From an uncultured Pseudomonadota bacterium (GTDB lineage Bacteria; Pseudomonadota; Alphaproteobacteria; JACZXZ01): a DNA stretch of 64,000 bases. Location: positions 544,001 through 608,000 of the forward strand of contig CAVVLJ010000020.1 in NCBI GenBank assembly GCA_963749075.1. Direction: 5' to 3'. Numbering within the stretch: the first letter of the stretch is position 1; each line of letters begins with the position of its first letter. This document shows, in pieces, positions 57,937-64,000 of this stretch. The translations under genes were made by a program, and so were the position numbers. A model generated the notes under the pieces. The model made no database searches. It was not told where the DNA came from and saw only the letters and a program-made list of their open reading frames with translations.

Positions 57937-59172
57937 ATGAATACGACACAAGCAATACGCGCCCTCCCTAAATGGCTCGTCGCTCTGTACGCCGACCAGC
58001 GCGGCGCTGCGTTGATCATGACGGCCCTCATGATCGTCGCGCTTTGCGGCATTGCCGGGCTCGGCACCGACGCAGCGAACTGGTACACCAATGAGCGCCA
58101 GATGCAGAAGATCGCGGACAACGCGGCTTTGGCCGCCGCTCCGCTCCTCGGCACCCAGAGCAATACCACCGCAATGATCACCGCGGTAGCCGAGAATGTC
58201 GGCGTTCTCGACGGCCTGTCCACGGCTAATGGCGATACCATTTCGGTGCAAGTCGCCGCCGACCGCTCCACCGTGACAGTCACCGCTTCGCGTAATCTGC
58301 AACTCTACTTCTCCGTGCTTTTCTTGCCCAAGGCCCCGACGACCACGGCCACGGCGGTGGCCGGGCCGGGAGGAACCCCCGTCTGCATTCTCGTTCTTGA
58401 TCCGTCCGGCCAAAGCCTGTTGGTCAATAGCGGCGCCCAAATCAACGCGCCGAATTGCCAAATAAACGTCGCTTCGACCAGCAGTCCGGCGGCGATGATC
58501 GATTCGAGTCTTCCGAATATCGCCGGGATGTGCGTCGCGGGAGGGACAACCGTCAATGGCGGCGCGCAGGTCAATAACTTGACCAATCATTGCACCGTCG
58601 CCTCGAATCCCTATGCTGGCACGATCCCCAAGCCGAGCTACAGCAATTGCACCGTTAGCAACCAGAACTACAGTGGGACGGTGCATCTTTCGCCTGGGAC
58701 CTATTGCGGATCGTTCAATTTTAATGGATCGGGGACGGCGAACCTCGCGGCGGGCACTTACATCCTCGATGGAACGAATTGGAATCTGAATAGCGGTTGG
58801 ACCATCAACGGCACGGCCGTGACGTTTTATTTCGTCAACAGCTCCTCCTACATCCAAATCAATTCGGGCGTCACGGCAAACTTGTCGGCACCGACGAGCG
58901 GCACCTATGCCAATGTCCTGATGTTCGAGCCTGATGGCCTGAGCACAAGCAGCTTTACGATCGACGGATCCTCGTCGGGACATTTATTGCAGGGTCTTAT
59001 TTATCTGCCGAGCCGCAACATTACCTTTAACTCCGCCTCGAACGTCACGAGCGACGGCATGACGCTGGTGGCAAATGAGGTCACCTTCGATACGATGAAC
59101 TTGTCCCTAAGCCCGTCGCCGAATGCCATCAATTCGGCCAACGGTAGCCTGAACGCGGTGCTCTTGCAGTGA
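57937..59172 (+). CDS. TadG-like Flp pilus pseudopilin with large beta-rich C-terminal domain
   Basis: DQRGAALIMTAL...GLGTD, MQKIADNAALAAA, PVCILVLDPS, LSPGTYCG, GLIYLP. Confidence 0.82.
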   Translation: MNTTQAIRALPKWLVALYADQRGAALIMTALMIVALCGIAGLGTDAANWYTNERQMQKIADNAALAAAPLLGTQSNTTAMITAVAENVGVLDGLSTANGDTISVQVAADRSTVTVTASRNLQLYFSVLFLPKAPTTTATAVAGPGGTPVCILVLDPSGQSLLVNSGAQINAPNCQINVASTSSPAAMIDSSLPNIAGMCVAGGTTVNGGAQVNNLTNHCTVASNPYAGTIPKPSYSNCTVSNQNYSGTVHLSPGTYCGSFNFNGSGTANLAAGTYILDGTNWNLNSGWTINGTAVTFYFVNSSSYIQINSGVTANLSAPTSGTYANVLMFEPDGLSTSSFTIDGSSSGHLLQGLIYLPSRNITFNSASNVTSDGMTLVANEVTFDTMNLSLSPSPNAINSANGSLNAVLLQ

Positions 59173-59648
59173 TATGGCCGACGAACAAAGTGCATCGCGC
59201 CGTCGCTTCGGCCCGGGGCGCCGCCGCAGTCGAAGTGGCCCTGGTTCTAGCGCTATTCCTCGTGCCATTTCTGCTCTTGTTGTGGGACGTGGGACTAGTC
59301 GCCTTGGGCAAGGCCGAGCTCGACGAGGCGCTGCAGGACACGATGACCTACGTCAGCGCGGGCAACGCGAGCAATAGCTCCGGTATCACGGCCGCCGCCC
59401 AAAAGGCCTATGGAACATCGATCACCGTCTCGACCAGCACGGTCTGCTACTGCGTTGCCACCGGCACAAGCCAGCCGACCGCGCCCAGCTCGATAGCCTG
59501 CACAAGCACGTGCAATTCTGGCTACGTTCGTCAGCAGTTCATGAACATCACAGTGAGCACCGAAGTCGATATTCCGTTTCCGGTGTCAGGCTTCAACCTG
59601 ACGTCGCCGCTAACGCTCACGACGACCGGCTCCGTGCGCACCGGCTGA
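59169..59648 (+). CDS. TadE-like pseudopilin
   Basis: RGAAAVEVALV prepilin motif; CYC...C...C. Confidence 0.82.
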   Translation: MIWPTNKVHRAVASARGAAAVEVALVLALFLVPFLLLLWDVGLVALGKAELDEALQDTMTYVSAGNASNSSGITAAAQKAYGTSITVSTSTVCYCVATGTSQPTAPSSIACTSTCNSGYVRQQFMNITVSTEVDIPFPVSGFNLTSPLTLTTTGSVRTG

Positions 59649-59650
59649 CG

Positions 59651-60073
59651 ATGTCGCGAACCGGCCTCCTTGCCAAGTTTTTCGGGGATCGAAGAGGCAC
59701 AGCGGCCCTGGAGGTTGCCCTTACCCTTCCGATCTTTCTCGGCGTGTGCCTCGGCATCGCGGAGCTCGGACTCTACGTGGCCCAGCAGCAGGCGCTTACC
59801 GAAGCCGTCTTCGCCGGCGAACGCTATGCTATCGTGCACGGCTCGCAAAGCTCTTCGCCGGCCTCCGCCTCCACCATCCTGACGCAAGTCCAGAATAATT
59901 GCGGTATGCTCGCCCCTGGCAATATCTCCGTGTCGGTCACATTCTCCCCGAATAATAGTCCAGGAAGCACCGTGGCGATCGTGGCGACCTATCCTTGGAC
60001 ACCGCTTTTTACCCTTTTTTATTTACCGTCGGTCACAATCACCGCTCGATCGGATGCGACTATTCTCCATTAA
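59651..60073 (+). CDS. TadE-like pseudopilin
   Basis: DRRGTAALEVALTLP prepilin motif; G.RYAIVHG. Confidence 0.82.
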   Translation: MSRTGLLAKFFGDRRGTAALEVALTLPIFLGVCLGIAELGLYVAQQQALTEAVFAGERYAIVHGSQSSSPASASTILTQVQNNCGMLAPGNISVSVTFSPNNSPGSTVAIVATYPWTPLFTLFYLPSVTITARSDATILH

Positions 60074-60378
60074 GCGCAGATGCTTCCGGGTCACATGAGG
60101 AATTGGATACGAAGTGGTGAGCAGTCCGAACCCGCCCGTGCCTAGTAAGCGATGTTCCGGAACCCTCGTAGATGCATGCTGCGGCTTGGCTTAGGACGTT
60201 CCGAGAACCCTTAACATGAGCGGCAGCCCTTAGCGCGCGGCTCTATGTCCGCAAAGCCCGCGATCCGGAAACGCAATGCGCGACGCAATCGACGCGCTCT
60301 CCAATTCCGCACCGGCATGCTATGCTGTCGGCGCGTCCGCAAGAGACGCGGCGAAACGTCCAGAGAGAGCGGGAGGCA

Positions 60379-61542
60379 ATGGCCATGACGAGACTTCTGA
60401 GCACGATGGCAGCGCTCGGCGCCGCGGCGCTGCTCGCGGCAGGGAGCGCCGCGGGTGCCGCCGAGCCGATCAAGCTCGGCTCCTTCCTCGCCGTGAGCGG
60501 GCCGGCGGCCTTCCTGGGCGATCCCGAGAAGAAGACCCTCGAGCTCTTCGTCGAGCGCATCAACGCCGCGGGCGGCGTGCTCGGCCGGCCGCTCCAGCTC
60601 ACCGTCTATGACACGGGCGGCGACGCCAAGCAGGCGGCGACCTTCGCGCGCCGGCTCATCGACGAGGACAAGGTCGACTTCATCATCGGCGGCAGCACCA
60701 CGGGCGACACCATGGCCGCCGACCCGCTCGTCGAGCGCGCCGAGATTCCCTTCATCTCGCTGGGCGGCGCCTCGGTGATCGTCGATCCGGTCAAGAAGTG
60801 GCTGTTCAAGACGCCGCACACCGACCGCCTGGCGGTCGAGAAGGTCTATGCCGACATGAAGAAGCGCGGCCTCTCCAAGGTCGGCGTCATCGGCGGCGAC
60901 GGCGGCTTCGACAAGTCCTGCATGGCGAACGCCGCCGACAAGAAGCTGCTCGATCCCGCCGGCGTCAGCGTGGTGGCGAGCGAGACCTACAGCTCGGGCG
61001 ACAAGGACATGACGCCGCAGCTCACCAAGCTCAAGTCGGCACCCGGCATCCAGGCCATCCTCTTCTGCGGTTTCGGGGCCGCCTCGGTGATCGTCACCAA
61101 GAACTACCACCAGCTCGGCATCACGGTGCCGCTCTACCACAACCACGGCTCGGCCTCGAAGCAGTTCATCGCCGGCGCCGGCGAGGCGGCAGAGGGCGTG
61201 CGGCTCCCGGCGGCGGCCGTGCTGGTCGCGGCCGCGCTCCCCGCGAGCGACCCGCAGAAGAAGATCGGGCTCGCCTACACCAAGATCTACGAGGAGCGCT
61301 ACCACGAGCCGATCTCCACCTTCGGCGGCCACGCCTACGACGCGCTCATGCTGCTGGTGAACGCGATTCAGCGCGTGGGCTCGACCGATCGCGCCAAGGT
61401 GCGCGACGCGCTCGAGACCACCAAGGGCTTCGTCGGCGTCGACGGCATGTTCAACCTGTCGCCGACCGACCACGACGGCCTCGACATCTCCTCCTTCAAG
61501 ATGGTCGAGGTGAGGGACGGCAACTGGAAGTATCTCTATTAG
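60379..61542 (+). CDS. Liv-type ABC substrate-binding protein
   Basis: IKLGSFLAVSGPAAFLGDPE, INAAGGVLGR, WLFKTPHTD; SD GGGAGG. Confidence 0.9.
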   Translation: MAMTRLLSTMAALGAAALLAAGSAAGAAEPIKLGSFLAVSGPAAFLGDPEKKTLELFVERINAAGGVLGRPLQLTVYDTGGDAKQAATFARRLIDEDKVDFIIGGSTTGDTMAADPLVERAEIPFISLGGASVIVDPVKKWLFKTPHTDRLAVEKVYADMKKRGLSKVGVIGGDGGFDKSCMANAADKKLLDPAGVSVVASETYSSGDKDMTPQLTKLKSAPGIQAILFCGFGAASVIVTKNYHQLGITVPLYHNHGSASKQFIAGAGEAAEGVRLPAAAVLVAAALPASDPQKKIGLAYTKIYEERYHEPISTFGGHAYDALMLLVNAIQRVGSTDRAKVRDALETTKGFVGVDGMFNLSPTDHDGLDISSFKMVEVRDGNWKYLY

Positions 61543-61555
61543 AGGCGGCGCGGGT

Positions 61556-61694
61556 CCCTCACCCTCCCGTGGCCTTGCGGCTATGGGCCCCGCCCTCTCC
61601 CGCAAGCGGGAGAGGGATTGAGCGGCGGCGCCTATCCCCTCTCCCGTTTACGGGAGAGGGAGGGACCCATTGCGACGCAATGGGAGGGTGAGGG
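61556..61694. repeat. Inverted doublet of the 60-bp two-hairpin element with no nuclease gene
   Basis: CCCTCACCCTCCC...CGGGAGAGGG (61556-61617) and inverted unit (61637-61694); same layout as 6008-6145. Confidence 0.9.
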
Positions 61695-61700
61695 AAAGCC

Positions 61701-62573
61701 GTGGCCGAGTTTCTCCAGTTCCTCTTCTCGGGCATCACCGTCGGTGCCATCTATGCCCTCGTCGGGCTCGGTTTCTCGATCATCTACAACGCGAGCCAGG
61801 TGATCAATTTCGCCCAGGGCGAGTTCGTCATGATCGGCGGGCTCGCGACCGCCGTGCTGGCGGAGGGCGGCATGCCGGTGCCGCTGGCGGCGGCTCTCGC
61901 CATAGGCTTTGCCGTGCTCGCGGGTCTCGCCTTGGAGAAGCTCGCGGTCGAGCGCGCGGGCGAGGCACCCGTGGTGGCGCTCATCATCATCACGGTGGGC
62001 GCCTCCATCTTCCTCCGCGGCCTGGCGCAGGTGGTGTTCGGGCGCAACTATCATTCGCTCGCCGCCTTCTCAGGCGAGACGCCCATCCGGTTCGGCGGTG
62101 CCGCCATCGTGCCGCAGACGCTCTGGGTGCTCGGCAGTGCTGCACTCCTCGTCGCCGCACTCTGGTGGTTCTTCAACCGCACGCGGCTCGGCAAGGCTTT
62201 CCTCGCCACCTCCTGCGATCCGCTGGCGGCCCAGCTCGTCGGCATCGGCACGCGGGGGGTGCTGCTGCTCTCCTTCGCCCTCTCGGCGGCGCTGGGGGCG
62301 GTCGCCGGCGTCCTCATCACGCCCATCTCGCTCACCTCCTACGACGCGGGCGTGATGCTCGGCTTGAAGGGCTTCAGCGCCGCCGTGCTCGGCGGGCTCG
62401 GCAGCAGCATGGGGGCCGTCGCGGGCGGCCTCCTCTTGGGCCTCCTCGAGGCGTTCGGCGCCGGCTATCTCTCCTCCGCCTACAAGGACGCCATCGCCTT
62501 CGTCATCATCCTCCTGGTGCTCTTCTTCATGCCCCAGGGCCTCTTCGGCCAAAAGAGGAGCGAGCGACTGTGA
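61701..62573 (+). CDS. livH: Liv-type ABC permease
   Basis: GAIYALVGLGF, INFAQGEF, LKGFSAAVLGG. Confidence 0.88.
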   Translation: MAEFLQFLFSGITVGAIYALVGLGFSIIYNASQVINFAQGEFVMIGGLATAVLAEGGMPVPLAAALAIGFAVLAGLALEKLAVERAGEAPVVALIIITVGASIFLRGLAQVVFGRNYHSLAAFSGETPIRFGGAAIVPQTLWVLGSAALLVAALWWFFNRTRLGKAFLATSCDPLAAQLVGIGTRGVLLLSFALSAALGAVAGVLITPISLTSYDAGVMLGLKGFSAAVLGGLGSSMGAVAGGLLLGLLEAFGAGYLSSAYKDAIAFVIILLVLFFMPQGLFGQKRSERL

Positions 62574-63562
62574 GGGGGCCGGGGCCGCGCATGCCGGGGC
62601 TCTACCGCGGCAGCACCAGGCGCACCTCGCCGCGGCTCCAGCACTACCGCGGCCTCCTCATGCTGGCGCTCGTGCTGGCCCTGCTGCCCTGGCTCCTGCC
62701 CAACGACTTCTTCCTCAATGTGGCGATCCTCATCGGGATCAATGCCATCGTCGCGGTCGGGCTCAACCTGCTCATGGGCTACGCCGGGCAGATCAGCCTC
62801 GGACATGCCGGCTTCTTCGGCCTCGGCGCCTATGCCTCGGCGATCCTCACGGCACGCTACGGCTGGCCGCCGGCCGTCGCCGTGCTGGCGGGTGCCGCCG
62901 TCGTGGGCCTGCTCGCCTTCGCCGTGGCGCGCCCGCTCCTCCGCCTGCGCGGCCACTATCTCGCCATGGCGACGCTCGGTCTCGGCGTCATCATCTCGCT
63001 CGTGCTGGTGCACGAGAGCGAGCTCACCGGCGGGCCCGACGGCATGACGGTGCCGCCATTGAGCTTCCGCGGCCGCGAGTACGCGAGCGAGTGGAGCTGC
63101 TACTGGATCGTGGCCGGCGCCCTCTTCCTCGCGGTCGCGGCGGCGCTCAACCTTGTGCAATCGCCGCTCGGCCGGGCGCTCCGCGCGCTCCACGGCTCGG
63201 AGGCGGCGGCCGAGATGGTGGCGATCGACACGGTGCGCTACAAGACGCGCGCCTTCGTGATCTCGGCGCTCTTCGCAAGCATCGCCGGCAGCCTCTTCGC
63301 CCATTCGAGCGGTTTCTTGACACCGTCCGAGGCGAGCTTCCTCCGCTCGATCGAGTTCGTCACCATGGTCGTGCTCGGCGGCATGGCGTCCACCTACGGC
63401 GCCGTGGTGGGGGCGGCCGTCGTCACGGTGCTGCCCCAGGCGCTGGCACTCTTCCACGACTACGAGCAGCTGGCACTCGGCCTCGTGCTCATGCTCACCA
63501 TGGTGTTCATGCCGAAGGGCCTGGTGCCGAGCCTCGCCGCGCGCTTGGGGAGGCGGCCGTGA
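62570..63562 (+). CDS. livM: Liv-type ABC permease
   Basis: GLNLLMGYAGQISLGHAGFFG, LRGHYLAMATL, TGGPDG; start 62570 or 62591. Confidence 0.88.
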   Translation: MRGPGPRMPGLYRGSTRRTSPRLQHYRGLLMLALVLALLPWLLPNDFFLNVAILIGINAIVAVGLNLLMGYAGQISLGHAGFFGLGAYASAILTARYGWPPAVAVLAGAAVVGLLAFAVARPLLRLRGHYLAMATLGLGVIISLVLVHESELTGGPDGMTVPPLSFRGREYASEWSCYWIVAGALFLAVAAALNLVQSPLGRALRALHGSEAAAEMVAIDTVRYKTRAFVISALFASIAGSLFAHSSGFLTPSEASFLRSIEFVTMVVLGGMASTYGAVVGAAVVTVLPQALALFHDYEQLALGLVLMLTMVFMPKGLVPSLAARLGRRP

Positions 63563-64000
63563 GCCTCCTCGAGGTGGAGCGGCTATCTCGCGAGTTCGGC
63601 GGCATCCTCGCCGTCGACGATTTGAGCTTCGCCGTCGAGGAGGGCAGCGTCTTCTCGCTGATCGGCCCCAACGGGGCGGGCAAGACGACGCTCTTCAATC
63701 TGGTGACCGGCTTCGAGCGGCCGACGCGCGGCCGCATCCGCTTTGCCGGCCGCGACGTGACGGGCCTCGCACCTTCTCAGCTCGCAGCCCTCGGCATGTC
63801 GCGCACCTTCCAGAACCTGCGGATCTTCTTCAACATGACGGCGCTCGAGAATGTCATGGCCGGCCGCCACCGCCACCTCGACGGCCGCGTGCTCCCCGCC
63901 CTCTTCCGCCTGCCATGGATCGCGCGCGGCGAGCGGCGGGCGGCGGGCGAGGCCGCAGCGCTTCTCGAGCTCGTCGGCCTCGCGGAAGAGGGCTCCCTCC
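63559..64000 (+). CDS. livG: Liv-type ABC ATP-binding protein (partial, runs off the window)
   Basis: GTG overlapping the upstream stop; FGGILAV, GPNGAGKTT, RTFQN. Confidence 0.88.
   Translation, partial: MSLLEVERLSREFGGILAVDDLSFAVEEGSVFSLIGPNGAGKTTLFNLVTGFERPTRGRIRFAGRDVTGLAPSQLAALGMSRTFQNLRIFFNMTALENVMAGRHRHLDGRVLPALFRLPWIARGERRAAGEAAALLELVGLAEEGSL

Noticed and set aside
60150-60215. GTTCCGGAACCCT / GTTCCGAGAACCCT short repeats as the island's right end or an IS terminus
   Set aside because: They are too short and degenerate to match the ends at 57251-57268 or 57379 with confidence.

Overview
This is high-GC bacterial DNA, most likely from an alphaproteobacterium (inferred from gene families and intergenic palindrome types). 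It is mostly catabolic and transport genes: five ABC importers (two NitT/TauT-type, two Liv-type, one YnjBCD-type), two IlvD/Edd dehydratases, a LeuB-like/ICL-family lyase/LeuCD-like cluster, two aminotransferases with a ferredoxin reductase and thioesterase, a NicX-like/ACAD-fold/CoA-ligase unit opposite a flavin reductase-MarR fusion, a P450, DUF1800-DUF1501, a radical SAM gene and a LemA-TPM operon. Small accessory inserts are scattered through it: a DUF559 nuclease bracketed by REP-like palindromes, a low-GC orphan gene inside a duplicated leuB 5' end, a HEPN pair, a DUF6516/HTH toxin-antitoxin pair followed by a duplicated gene 3' end, a decayed AbiEii pair, and a lower-GC island with IS5 remnants and three Tad pseudopilin genes. 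At least five families of dispersed palindromic elements are present, two of them read in frame as protein. The best candidates for something new are (1) a DUF559 nuclease with cognate structured repeats, resembling a REP/REPIN system without a RAYT, and (2) the archaemetzincin-like orphan gene with a strong internal in-frame ribosome-binding site. I saw no rRNA, tRNA or CRISPR array. All family assignments come from motif recognition by eye, not database searches.
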